Source: a virus (taxonomy: Duplodnaviria; Caudoviricetes). Taken from it: a stretch of 64,000 bases of DNA. Both the position numbers and the translations under genes were made by a program. Position 1 is the stretch's first letter; each line of letters begins with the position of its first letter. Shown piece by piece: positions 38,401 through 46,789 of this stretch. Location of the stretch: IMG/VR virus record IMGVR_UViG_3300025707_000003, positions 96,001 to 160,000 of that record, one strand, 5' to 3'. The notes below the pieces were generated by a model. That model made no database searches and was not told the DNA's origin. It worked only from the letters and a program-made list of their open reading frames with translations.

Positions 38401-38553
38401 AGACAATTCAGACACCCTATGGCAGGTGGTAAAACCTTTGCTACAGGTGGAAGGTATACAGGTCGAAGTGGGTCTGACGCTAAAAGGGTTGCACCTAAAT
38501 CACCTCGCTATAGCCTAAGAGACTCTATCAATGGTCGCTTTGGGAAAAAGTGA
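35428..38553 (+). CDS. terL: Terminase large subunit containing an intein
   Basis: Walker A GRRSGK|T split by the intein, Walker B VILDEVAH, ILISSP coupling motif, nuclease GIDLG and HDDMSDA. Confidence 0.92.
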   Translation: MSLSSVAISASARAGKKSEKDADIIEFVEASWGLKMTLFPVQRVILKAHYGLELDDEKTFEISDWTRTKIETHTEKSYLRKIYEDGRCNIGEVIPGKQRREMILSIGRRSGKCVTGETLIPTNKGLVRIDSLGDPNGDEIQPLQVNVAQECGTTSRSAYFYNGGVKPTKYLETFCGYRIEGTGNHRIKVMTPECKIEWKYLEEIENGDVACINRSSQLWSNDYVDVSQHHTEKDQPKYLDETWGELLGLLAGDGHWTNEKAVGITVGEKAFEPYLMSLFRNLFGKVSYHPDKRKVDVGQVLAYGKDLRKFLDNLGWVIDCTTRTKSVPHTVLKSPMSVVCAFLRGLFETDGSAYDSAITLSTASYQLAHEVQLLLLNVGIVSNLSKSNREDRTEHRIRVKGSKSKRLFARHIGFISERKKKCLEGVLSTVSYRGGNEGVPFFYEYVERLKKFHPYLKHDLSPTTKYTPYWKIKKVADHSGLNQTTKSQLYNLIDRDYFFDPIIKVEQREAHVFDLNVPNGSMFIGNGFTNHNTTISACIAAYETYKLIKKENPQKFYGLPASNNIQIISVATDKDQAGLLYQEVSGHYRSCAFFGPYTANNTLSYARFQTPADVEKYGRYIENQDAKATLKITFRSCVAKGLRGAGNICVILDEVAHFTETGQSGAEEVYNAVVPSTSAYSAKDPENPTIPIGEVEGRIILISSPLGKQGLFYNLFMIGMGGGRAGDNILAVQAPTWEVNPTVPAQEFEKHYLKNAAVFFTEYGGEFTDRTRGWITDERDLLSCIDPQLKPQMGAPARKPHFMGIDLGLVGDGTAIAIGHLEGEEIVVDLVAQIKAGEGIYHDKERLEFDDVADWVLEFTKKFYIQEGMFDQWAGIPFQQALEKRGLKNLKSTNMTKQITSQMYQNFKDMMWDQKVKLYNRPNYETEGHEPYIQELLELQQTVHGKHLITVEAPQTKGKHDDMSDAIVRMAWLASNNIGKGRYFASGSKGSRQFRHPMAGGKTFATGGRYTGRSGSDAKRVAPKSPRYSLRDSINGRFGKK
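35764..37023 (+). mobile_element. 420-aa intein with a LAGLIDADG homing endonuclease
   Basis: Starts CVTGETLI, ends FIGNGFTNHN followed by Thr(+1). Contains block B TGNHRI and motifs LLGLLAGDG and FLRGLFETDG. Confidence 0.95.
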
Positions 38554-38562
38554 TTACAACGA

Positions 38563-38997
38563 TTAGTAGTTTTCTTGAGCCTCTTTACCCGCTTTGTACT
38601 CATAAAGCAGTTCACTTCGATCAGTCAAACCGACTTTCCATGTGTATTCTAAGTTATTTAAAGAAACACCATTCATGCCCATGTAGTAAACGATTTCTAT
38701 GATAGCTCCGTCCAAGTCTTTGATCATAGACTCTTGGTTGAGGTATCTTGAAAGTATCTCGATGTTAAGGATGAAATTTTCTTTATCTTCTTCCGAACCC
38801 TTTACCATTCTTTCCTTAGCAAAGTTTAAAAGTTGTTTGGTGTATGTATTGCGATGGTCAAGACCCAAGAAATAATCCTCGTGCTTACTCTCCATCATCT
38901 CTAAGAAATGTTTAGGGGTGAGTCTTGCAGACTGACGCTCTAAACGAGCAATCCTCATCTCAAGGTTTCTTATTATTTCTGAAGCTGATCTTTTCAT
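38563..38997 (-). CDS. Tag-family protein 6
   Basis: MKRSASEIIRNLEMRIARLE; the start is reassigned from 39060. Confidence 0.8.
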   Translation of the reverse strand: MKRSASEIIRNLEMRIARLERQSARLTPKHFLEMMESKHEDYFLGLDHRNTYTKQLLNFAKERMVKGSEEDKENFILNIEILSRYLNQESMIKDLDGAIIEIVYYMGMNGVSLNNLEYTWKVGLTDRSELLYEYKAGKEAQENY

Positions 38998-39025
38998 AAG
39001 AGTTTCCCCACTTTGTTTAATGTAA

Positions 39026-39056
39026 CACTTATTGACTATCATAAATAAACTACAAA
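39026..39056 (+). repeat. 31-bp perfect direct repeat, copy 1 (contains a class B motif)
   Basis: cacttattgactatcataaataaactacaaa, identical at 39568-39598. Confidence 0.92.
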
Positions 39057-39098
39057 TCAAATGGGGGGTGCATTTGATGATTGGTGGAAGTCTTAAGA

Positions 39099-39533
39099 CT
39101 ATTCGTTGCTTCTAATTCTTTTAAAGAAGTTAGGGTTCTTCATAATCAAGCTGGCGATCCCTGCTGACTCAATCTCAATTTGATAAGCCACGAGACCAGT
39201 ATCTCGTAAACTTCCACTCTCAACCTCGTAGTCAATGCGACAGTTGAATACAAAATAATCACCTCCACCCATCCAAGACAAATCAAAATCACCAGGCACT
39301 TTTCCTTTAGCTATAATCTGATCCATCATCTTATCTTTGCAGTAAGAGAAAATGGCTTGTAGATCATTTACACCCTTAACAGACTTTTTGAAGTCATCCT
39401 TCTCCATATCATGCTCTACAGATACAACACGAGCATTAAAGGATGAATCATTATCCCAACCTGCCGATTTGTTTTCAAGACGAGCAATACGACCCTCAAG
39501 GTTTCTAATCACTTCACTAGCTGATCTTCTCAT
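39099..39533 (-). CDS. Tag-family protein 7
   Basis: MRRSASEVIRNLEGRIARLE. Confidence 0.8.
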   Translation of the reverse strand: MRRSASEVIRNLEGRIARLENKSAGWDNDSSFNARVVSVEHDMEKDDFKKSVKGVNDLQAIFSYCKDKMMDQIIAKGKVPGDFDLSWMGGGDYFVFNCRIDYEVESGSLRDTGLVAYQIEIESAGIASLIMKNPNFFKRIRSNE

Positions 39534-39567
39534 ATCATTTCTCCATTTGGTTTAGGGTTAAAGAGAT

Positions 39568-39598
39568 CACTTATTGACTATCATAAATAAACTACAAA
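39568..39598 (+). repeat. 31-bp perfect direct repeat, copy 2
   Basis: Identical to 39026-39056. Confidence 0.92.
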
Positions 39599-39628
39599 CT
39601 TTAGGGTTTGTGATGCAGATCTTCTCAT
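39581..39628 (-). pseudogene. 'Empty' tag unit MRRSASQTLKFVVYL*
   Basis: It has an intact class B motif, an ATGGAGA RBS and ATGAGAAGATCTGCATCA, but runs directly into the next cassette and stops after 15 codons. Confidence 0.75.
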
Positions 39629-39645
39629 AATGGTTCTCCATTTGT

Positions 39646-39719
39646 TTAAGAATAAAGAGATCTCCTATGGATAACCTATAAATAAACTATCAATAGTTCT
39701 GGTTCTCCCAAGTCGCTGT
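39646..39719 (+). repeat. 74-bp perfect direct repeat, copy 1
   Basis: ttaagaataaagagatctcctatggataacctataaataaactatcaatagttctggttctcccaagtcgctgt, identical at 40825-40898. Confidence 0.92.
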
Positions 39720-39786
39720 CTTGTATCGCAACCCCCCTAAAAACACAATCAATTCTAGATTCGGGAAAAAGTAGGAGGGGGGGGTA

Positions 39787-40806
39787 TTAACCTTGTGGTC
39801 TCCAAGACCTTATCTGTTGGTTTAACTTTGTTATTAGATCTTTGAAAACGCTTATACTTCTTTCTTTTTTACGCTGATGTATAGGGTCTGATGGTTGTCT
39901 CCTCTCTAACTCTTCGATCTCCTCATTTACTTTACGCTTAACATTTTTTAGACCCTCTGGAGATGTTTCTATTGGGTGTTCAAATGAACCATAACAAGAA
40001 ATTGTTTCCCTCCACCCATGTTGTATTCTATAACCATGCTTAAATAACTTACCATCTCTTCTTTTGGCATAAACTCCCCAACACATAGGGCAAGTACCTT
40101 TATTTTGTTCCTCTAAAGTCTGTTCGGGTTCGGTTTGCGGAGCGAGTCTTAAAAAGTCTTTTGCGTCTTCAACTGCACCCTCTTTGACTGCAAACTTTGT
40201 AATCTTAGTTAGATCAAAGTTCTCTAAATCTAGTTTGTAAGGTGAAATTTTTATCGCCACCTTTTTACCGTTTTTAGAAGTGGTTACTTTTTTGATACCA
40301 ACAAAAGCGTCCTCTAAATAAAACTTCCACCATTCTTTTCTTTTCTCATAAAACATACTGGTCAAAATAATCGAGATACGACCAAAAGTAGGTTTACTTG
40401 GTTTTCTATCTACAAAGTCTACATAGGGGATTGCTTTTTTAATCCTTTCAATCTCTTCTTCGTACTTTTGAAATGCCTCTTCAAATGTAGGGTATTCATC
40501 TACCGATACTAGTATAAAATAAATGCTTTGACCTAGCTTCTCAAAATCCTCAAAGGCAGTCTTGTGTTTGAGATTATCATTTGCATCCTGTGCCTCTTTC
40601 ATTTCAAAGTTAAAGCCTAAAGCTTCAAGCACCTCTTGTAAGATGTTAAAATTACCTTTTTTCGGCATTGGGGTTCTTCTTGAGTGGTTAGCCAAAGCTA
40701 ACATCATACTTTTAGCTTCATTGCTCAATGAAGATGTAGCTTGTTTTTCAAGACGGGCAACTCTCATCTCAAGCTCTCTGATGACTTCACTTGCTGTTCT
40801 TCTCAT
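39787..40806 (-). CDS. Tag-family protein 8 with a C-terminal Cys/His motif
   Basis: MRRTASEVIRELEMRVARLE; TCPMCW..KHGY..CYGS. Confidence 0.8.
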   Translation of the reverse strand: MRRTASEVIRELEMRVARLEKQATSSLSNEAKSMMLALANHSRRTPMPKKGNFNILQEVLEALGFNFEMKEAQDANDNLKHKTAFEDFEKLGQSIYFILVSVDEYPTFEEAFQKYEEEIERIKKAIPYVDFVDRKPSKPTFGRISIILTSMFYEKRKEWWKFYLEDAFVGIKKVTTSKNGKKVAIKISPYKLDLENFDLTKITKFAVKEGAVEDAKDFLRLAPQTEPEQTLEEQNKGTCPMCWGVYAKRRDGKLFKHGYRIQHGWRETISCYGSFEHPIETSPEGLKNVKRKVNEEIEELERRQPSDPIHQRKKERSISVFKDLITKLNQQIRSWRPQG

Positions 40807-40824
40807 AGGTCATTCTCCTGTGGG

Positions 40825-40898
40825 TTAAGAATAAAGAGATCTCCTATGGATAACCTATAAATAAACTATCAATAGTTCTGGTTCTCCCAAGTCGCTGT
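40825..40898 (+). repeat. 74-bp perfect direct repeat, copy 2 (includes the last codons of the 40869 gene)
   Basis: Identical to 39646-39719. Confidence 0.92.
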
Positions 40899-42245
40899 AC
40901 GACCACGCTTCTCCAACGCATCAGATACCGTAGCCTTATCAGAGTCCATAGGGTAAGCACTGTCGGGTGTAACAGGATAAACAGCATCTGCTCTAGCTGT
41001 GTAGGTATCTCTCTGTGGCCAGTAACCATAACGAGTCTCAGGCCATGACACAGGAACTCCCTCAATAGGGAATCTATATCGTATGTCACCACTATCCAAA
41101 TACGCTATGTTGAAATGCTGTTGAAGAACATTACCTCTGTTCGATGGCATATTAACAGCACCACATGAATACCGTTCATTATTAGGTTTAACTATAAAGT
41201 CTTTCTGACTCACAATAGGACTAGGGCCGATCCACACCTCGTAGGAATGTTCCTTACGCCTACCACGATCTTCTTGACTAATCCTACGCTCACTGTCATT
41301 AGGGCCGACTATGATGTCATAAGGTCCATCATAACCTCCCTTAATACCTGTGCCGAAACAAATCGTACAAAGACTGTCTGGTTGCTTCGCATATTTAAGG
41401 GTCTCTTTATTGAAGGAGGTACAATAACAAGGTATCCCTGCTATCCTACGAGTAAATAACTTAACCCGTTCCCCCCCTTGTTCAAGTATCCAGTTATTAC
41501 GCCTTATCCCTTCTCTCCACATATAATCTACACGCTCAAGCTCTCTATCTGAGAAGGGCTTGCAATGCTCTAAAGGGGTTTCATGTAATACGCTTGTTTT
41601 TGGGTCTTCTGCTACTGTCGCTATACGATAGAAATCACGCTTATCTGTACCAAGTCTTAAGCGACTCTCTGGGTCATAAGCAATATAACTTATAGTGACC
41701 ACCGTATTGTCATCTATCGAAGGAGGTAAGCTATCTTCGGTTAAAGTGATGGCATCGGGTTTGGGTCTACCTGTAAAGAATAAAGTAACCTCACCAAACT
41801 CACCAAGCACTCTCGATGTGGGTACGATAACACCGTTAATCATTACCACAACATCTCTTGGTGAATCAGCAGGGTCATTGATGCTATTTTGTCTCGCTAT
41901 CGGGTACTCCACTTGAAACCGATAAGGATCTTCACCTTGATCCCCTTTAGAAATCCACTTGTCTGCTGGGATGACTTCATCATTAACTGCCCATGTGTCT
42001 ATTCGATCTCTGTATATTGTTCCACCGATAGGTGTGATGTTCACCCTACGATAAGGGCCACGATCAGAGTTGCCCGATCTGTATATGTTCACACCACGAA
42101 CAATCCAACCCTCATTTCCATGTAGGATTGATGGGTTATCCCAATGGACATCTATCTCACCCTTAGCGAAAGGGGAGACAGCACTCGTATTTCTTGGTGG
42201 TACAGGCCAAGGACTTCTACTGTCGTACCAACCATGTTGTGCCAT
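40869..42245 (-). CDS. Putative virion structural protein (FN3-like N-terminus, CxC..CxxC motif)
   Basis: IDVHWDNP..GVNIYRS..GPYRRVN and PCYC..LCTICFGTG. Confidence 0.5.
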   Translation of the reverse strand: MAQHGWYDSRSPWPVPPRNTSAVSPFAKGEIDVHWDNPSILHGNEGWIVRGVNIYRSGNSDRGPYRRVNITPIGGTIYRDRIDTWAVNDEVIPADKWISKGDQGEDPYRFQVEYPIARQNSINDPADSPRDVVVMINGVIVPTSRVLGEFGEVTLFFTGRPKPDAITLTEDSLPPSIDDNTVVTISYIAYDPESRLRLGTDKRDFYRIATVAEDPKTSVLHETPLEHCKPFSDRELERVDYMWREGIRRNNWILEQGGERVKLFTRRIAGIPCYCTSFNKETLKYAKQPDSLCTICFGTGIKGGYDGPYDIIVGPNDSERRISQEDRGRRKEHSYEVWIGPSPIVSQKDFIVKPNNERYSCGAVNMPSNRGNVLQQHFNIAYLDSGDIRYRFPIEGVPVSWPETRYGYWPQRDTYTARADAVYPVTPDSAYPMDSDKATVSDALEKRGRTATWENQNY

Positions 42246-42246
42246 A

Positions 42247-42288
42247 ATAATCTCCCATGTAAGCGATATTTACTTATAGGGAGATTAT
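42247..42288 (-). promoter_or_regulatory. 10-bp perfect hairpin over the SD of the 42245 gene
   Basis: ataatctccc pairs with gggagattat. Confidence 0.6.
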
Positions 42289-42315
42289 AAATGACTTATT
42301 ATTCTCTCACTTCAA

Positions 42316-42834
42316 TTAATCATCGCCCTCAAAAGTGATCTCTACCTTTTCTTCTCCACCCTCGTCCTCCGCATCTTGTTTGGGGTCTATCCATTGTTTG
42401 ACGACACCTTTGAGTTTCACTTGCTCTTCAGTCGTAGTTTTAATAACTTTCTCTCCATGAAAAAGAGAAAGTTTGTCAATGACTGCGGATTGAAGCTCAA
42501 ATATTTGTTCTCTTAAAAGTTGCATCTGTATTTGTGCATCTCTCAACCTAGCGATTAATGCTTCCCTATCCCCATTAGCAGACGCAAGTTTATCTTTGAG
42601 TTCTTCTACTTCGGAAGGGTCTCTACCACTAGCGATGGCTAACATAGATGAGATACTGCCTGTGAGCATACCTATGATCCCAATAAGTATATCTCTGTTT
42701 TTCTCTACTATTTCATGCTTCGCTAAGAACCATATCAAACCTATGATCAAGAGCATGAAGACTACAGAAGCCCACCAACCTCTTTTCGCCTTTTCAGATT
42801 GAGTGAACTGTTTATTTGTTTGTTTTTTAGACAT
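42316..42834 (-). CDS. Two-TM membrane protein with a coiled coil
   Basis: Two hydrophobic helices followed by a heptad-rich segment. Confidence 0.65.
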   Translation of the reverse strand: MSKKQTNKQFTQSEKAKRGWWASVVFMLLIIGLIWFLAKHEIVEKNRDILIGIIGMLTGSISSMLAIASGRDPSEVEELKDKLASANGDREALIARLRDAQIQMQLLREQIFELQSAVIDKLSLFHGEKVIKTTTEEQVKLKGVVKQWIDPKQDAEDEGGEEKVEITFEGDD

Positions 42835-42843
42835 CGTAAAACC

Positions 42844-43686
42844 CTAGAACAGATTCTTAAAGAACTCTGAAATGAAAGAAATGAATGCGTCATACTTGGG
42901 CATATGGTAAGGAAGTCCGATCAGAGATCTTGCAACAGGTCTTGTAGATAGTTGAAAAATAATATGAAGCCAGAACAAACACGCTATAAACCCAGCCCTC
43001 CAAAAGACATAGAGAACCCAGTCTTTCAAGACTCTATCTCTTGCTCTTTTCTTAATGTATTTAGGCCCACCTAGTCTTTTTACTTTCTCAGATCCTAGAG
43101 GAGGCTGTAGCGATTCAATGGTTTCACCAACCGCATATATTTCTTGTGGTTCTTTCACCCCTTTAAATTTATACATACCTACACAAGCAAATCGGGTGCT
43201 TTTTGGTGTGTGCATATTCGTTCTGTTTCGAGTGGCTAACATTGCCTCCTTTGTGAGGAGAACTTGACCTTTTTGACAAAGAGACATTGTTCTAGCGGCA
43301 ATGTTTTTTGAGAGTCCTTCAAGTTCGACTCTCTTAGCTCCAGCTCCAACATAGACATCATCTTGTTCTACTTCAATGATTTTACCCCAGTGTATACCGA
43401 TACGAGTATTGATCTTTATTTTTGGTGGGATTGTTTTTTGATAAGCGAGAGCAAAGTTAACTGCATCTACAGGTCGGTCAAAAGACAATAGAAAACCATC
43501 AGAACGATCTATCTCTCTGCCTTCATGCCGATAAACAAGATTTCTAGCCATACGATCATGGATTTGAAACCACTGAGCCGCCACCTTAGCTCCCACCCTT
43601 TGAACGAAAGCAGTAGACCCTATCAAATCTAAGAGAACGATAGCTAAGTATCGTTCTTTCATAGTAATATCATGATCAAAGGGCAT
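42844..43686 (-). CDS. Class III nucleotidyl cyclase with a C-terminal TM segment
   Basis: LLDLIGST, REIDRSDGFLLSF, RIGIHWG, LEGLSKNIAAR and GQVLLT. Confidence 0.82.
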   Translation of the reverse strand: MPFDHDITMKERYLAIVLLDLIGSTAFVQRVGAKVAAQWFQIHDRMARNLVYRHEGREIDRSDGFLLSFDRPVDAVNFALAYQKTIPPKIKINTRIGIHWGKIIEVEQDDVYVGAGAKRVELEGLSKNIAARTMSLCQKGQVLLTKEAMLATRNRTNMHTPKSTRFACVGMYKFKGVKEPQEIYAVGETIESLQPPLGSEKVKRLGGPKYIKKRARDRVLKDWVLYVFWRAGFIACLFWLHIIFQLSTRPVARSLIGLPYHMPKYDAFISFISEFFKNLF

Positions 43687-43690
43687 GGGT

Positions 43691-43897
43691 TTATCTCCAG
43701 AGACTTTTTATGTTCTCACAAGGTGTGTTTAATATCTTATCTGCTAATTCATCATTACAAGTAAAAGCAGGGATATATTCAACACACTGATAAATATGGT
43801 TTTCTGCCTTTTCACAAAGGGTTCTATCTTCATTTGGAATATCTTCACAAGAAACTAATAATCCAAATATACATAAGAGGTATCGTGTGTTTTTCAT
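43691..43897 (-). CDS. Small putative lipoprotein
   Basis: Signal peptide with a lipobox-like LVSC and additional Cys residues. Confidence 0.5.
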   Translation of the reverse strand: MKNTRYLLCIFGLLVSCEDIPNEDRTLCEKAENHIYQCVEYIPAFTCNDELADKILNTPCENIKSLWR

Positions 43898-43899
43898 AA

Positions 43900-44220
43900 T
43901 TAATATCCTATAAAGGCAAACTCTTGCTTTTTAATGACTTCAAGAGGCGAGGAGTCAGTGCGTTTGATAACCCATTGGACAAAGTAAGATCCTGGAATAA
44001 ATCCCGCAGATAACATTTCCCCTACATAGTATTTGCCTGTCTCTTCTTTTACAGGGTATCTTTTTTCAACACCCACTCGCCACTCACCTCTAACTTCATC
44101 TGTACCATAGAACGAATAATAGATTAAGTAAGGATCAAAGCCATTGCCTTGATTGCCGAAGATTTCTACTCTTAAATCATTTGGACCCATTTGGGTTCTT
44201 TGTACAAAGATCACTGACAT
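43900..44220 (-). CDS. Hypothetical beta-rich protein
   Basis: 106-aa ORF in the operon. Confidence 0.65.
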   Translation of the reverse strand: MSVIFVQRTQMGPNDLRVEIFGNQGNGFDPYLIYYSFYGTDEVRGEWRVGVEKRYPVKEETGKYYVGEMLSAGFIPGSYFVQWVIKRTDSSPLEVIKKQEFAFIGY

Positions 44221-44222
44221 AA

Positions 44223-44555
44223 CTATACTACCTCAATAAAAGTGTCTCTTGAGGAAACAGATATGGTTTGCTCTCCGTAAACAAGAGCGTTGTCAGCGAC
44301 CATCTCTGCTTTAAACTCGACAAAGATAGTTTGTCCTAAAACACTATCAGGTATGGTGAAGCGATAAACGAAACGGTGAGCTTGATCTGTGGCTACCATA
44401 GCGTTTGGCCCATCTAAGATTGTTCGCACATCCTCCACATAGTGAAAAAGGGTTGTCTCTACATTCTGTATGTTGAGTGGTTTGAGATCAAATCCAACCC
44501 AAGAAATCTGACAGGGGATTGTATCCCCAATATGTGCGTTAGTGTTATAAATCAT
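44223..44555 (-). CDS. Hypothetical beta-rich protein
   Basis: ATG after GAGGAG; class B motif at 44588-44600. Confidence 0.65.
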   Translation of the reverse strand: MIYNTNAHIGDTIPCQISWVGFDLKPLNIQNVETTLFHYVEDVRTILDGPNAMVATDQAHRFVYRFTIPDSVLGQTIFVEFKAEMVADNALVYGEQTISVSSRDTFIEVV

Positions 44556-44556
44556 G

Positions 44557-44617
44557 TGATGATCTCCTCTCACATATAAAATAAATTATAAATAGACTAT
44601 AAATGAGGAGATCATCA
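44557..44617 (-). promoter_or_regulatory. 13-bp perfect inverted repeat enclosing a class B motif and covering an SD
   Basis: tgatgatctcctc pairs with gaggagatcatca. Confidence 0.65.
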
Positions 44618-44666
44618 TATAAGGGATTAAGTCGTCCTACTAACCTCATTCTTAAGGAGTGCGTTT

Positions 44667-45893
44667 ATGGCTAAAGCCAAATCTAAAGCATCTAAATCTT
44701 CAAAAGTGAAGTCTGCCCTAAAAGGGGTTGATCTCGCAAGTGTCCTCAACGATGCTGAAAAGGGCATGAAAGACTCGGCTCTTGTAGAGCTTGATCTTGA
44801 TTCTCTCTCTAATTCTATGCCCCACATCAGTACAGGATCTGTCGCCCTTGACTACCTCATTGGGGGCAAAGAAAATGCTCAAGGTGTTCGTCCTTGTCCT
44901 GGTATTCCAAGAGGTCGTATAACAAATGTTTATGGTTTGGCTGGTGCAGGTAAAACCACGATTGCTTTACAGACAGCGGCCTCCGTATGTAATGACGAAG
45001 GAGGGACTTGTGTCTATATTGACTGGGAGAATGAGGTTGAACCTAGATACGCTCAAATGCTCGGTGTTCCTGTTACAGATAAGTCTAAGTTCATGCTTCT
45101 CCAACCAGAAACTTTGGAGCAAGGGTTCAAACTCATGGTTAAGTTCGCATCGGCAGGTGTAGATCTTATCGTGGTTGACTCTGTAGGTGCAGGCGTTCCC
45201 GAAAAGATGTTTGCTAAAGAAGCAGGAGAACAAGCCGCAGTTGGTCTTTTGGCTCGTCAATGGTCGCAATTCCTACCCCTGTTCAAGCGTGTTATCGCAG
45301 ATGCTAATACAGGCGTTATCGGTATCTCTCAGTTGCGAGAAGCGATTGGTGGTATGGGTGGATTTGGATCTGGACCTCAGAGAAAACCACAAGGTGGTCA
45401 AGCGTGGAAGTATTATTCATCTCTACAGATTATGCTTCGTGTGGTCGGCAAAGATCGTGGTAAAGAATGGGATGGTCTACAGAACAAGATGATCGAAACT
45501 GTTAAAGGAAATATCGTTCGTGCTACACTCGATAAATGTAAAGTTTCTGACGCTTACAAACACGAGTGTCAGTTTTACCTTATGAATGGGATCGGTGTAG
45601 ACAATGAGCGTACAGTGTTAGACCTTGCGATTTCTGTTGGAGTCGTTAAGAAGGGTGGTGCTTGGTATACATGGGCTGATCCAACCACAGGTAGTGAACA
45701 TAAGGGTCAAGGTCTTGATGGCTTCCGAAAGTTGCTTCCCGATAGTTGGCTAGATTCCATGTTCAATCAAGTTCGTGGTTACCTCACCTCTAAGAAAAAC
45801 GAAGAAGAACCCGAAATGAAGGAAGAGGTATCTAGCAATCTCGGTGAGGATGGTCAAAAAGCTATGGACGAACTTGACGATCTCTTTAAGTAG
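44667..45893 (+). CDS. recA: RecA recombinase
   Basis: ISTGSVALD, PRGRI, GLAGAGKTT, YIDWEN, IVVDSV, ISQLRE, GGQAWKYYSS and KKGGAWY. Confidence 0.93.
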   Translation: MAKAKSKASKSSKVKSALKGVDLASVLNDAEKGMKDSALVELDLDSLSNSMPHISTGSVALDYLIGGKENAQGVRPCPGIPRGRITNVYGLAGAGKTTIALQTAASVCNDEGGTCVYIDWENEVEPRYAQMLGVPVTDKSKFMLLQPETLEQGFKLMVKFASAGVDLIVVDSVGAGVPEKMFAKEAGEQAAVGLLARQWSQFLPLFKRVIADANTGVIGISQLREAIGGMGGFGSGPQRKPQGGQAWKYYSSLQIMLRVVGKDRGKEWDGLQNKMIETVKGNIVRATLDKCKVSDAYKHECQFYLMNGIGVDNERTVLDLAISVGVVKKGGAWYTWADPTTGSEHKGQGLDGFRKLLPDSWLDSMFNQVRGYLTSKKNEEEPEMKEEVSSNLGEDGQKAMDELDDLFK

Positions 45894-45895
45894 CC

Positions 45896-46783
45896 TTAAC
45901 CGTTCGCTTCGAGTACAGTTAAAAGTCCAGAAGTAGTTTTGACTTTATTGATCTTCATTAGGTATTTCACCTCTAGTACTAAAATTACAGCGAAAACGGA
46001 TGAAATCCCTACTGAAGCGATAAGTTTAACTAAAGCTCCATTGGCAGGGGGAGGTAGGATTAGCTCTAAGATAATCTCGATACCTTCTCCTGGCAACATA
46101 GCCACTAAGTTGCTAAATGAAATTGTACCTAAAAGCCCTGCTACGACAGCTTTAAAATCAAAGTCTGCAAACCAATCCCAGATTTGGAAAAAGAGATAAA
46201 TCTTGATGGGTGCAGAAAGAGCTTTAAGGGTTCTTGAAGTTCCAAGAACACCATCAAGGAACTCACCTAGTTTGGTTGTACCTTGTTCTATTTTTGCTAG
46301 TGCAGACTTTACAGAGTCTGGAACATAACTCTTATACTTGTTTATTAAATCTTCCCATCGGTTCTGTTCTTCTAACACCTCTCCAAGAAGACGAAGCAAA
46401 GGTAGCTCTTTTAATATCTTTGTGGATAAACTACTGAGCTTTTTCTTACCCTCTTCAAGAAGGTCACCTAGCTTTTTGTCGATTTGTTTAATCATGGAAA
46501 ACACATTTGTGGCTGTGACCCCTAACATAGATTTAAACTTTTGCCATGCTTGAGGTGCTTTCTTAAACAAAGTAATCAGTTTCTTCACCTTCTTCACTAT
46601 CTTCATAAATGCTTTTCTTTGAGTGAAGTCTTGGCGACTGTTCGCAGTTAAGTGTTTAGCAATAACTTGTATTGCTTCAATGGAAAGATCCGAAGAGGTT
46701 GCCCTCTTCAAGTTCGGACTTTGATCGTAGGCGACTTGACAAGCAATTCTAACCATATGTTGTTGTACTATTCTATCTAACAT
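45896..46783 (-). CDS. Hypothetical protein with hydrophobic C-terminal helices
   Basis: Class B motif at 46824-36. Confidence 0.65.
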   Translation of the reverse strand: MLDRIVQQHMVRIACQVAYDQSPNLKRATSSDLSIEAIQVIAKHLTANSRQDFTQRKAFMKIVKKVKKLITLFKKAPQAWQKFKSMLGVTATNVFSMIKQIDKKLGDLLEEGKKKLSSLSTKILKELPLLRLLGEVLEEQNRWEDLINKYKSYVPDSVKSALAKIEQGTTKLGEFLDGVLGTSRTLKALSAPIKIYLFFQIWDWFADFDFKAVVAGLLGTISFSNLVAMLPGEGIEIILELILPPPANGALVKLIASVGISSVFAVILVLEVKYLMKINKVKTTSGLLTVLEANG

Positions 46784-46789
46784 TTTTTA

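Noticed and set aside
39731-39784. C-run and G-run pair as a terminator
   Set aside because: The loop is long, the arms are imperfect and there is no clear U-tract.
38563-40898. Diversity-generating retroelement (template and variable repeats)
   Set aside because: The repeats are identical with no adenine-specific mismatches, and no reverse transcriptase is present.
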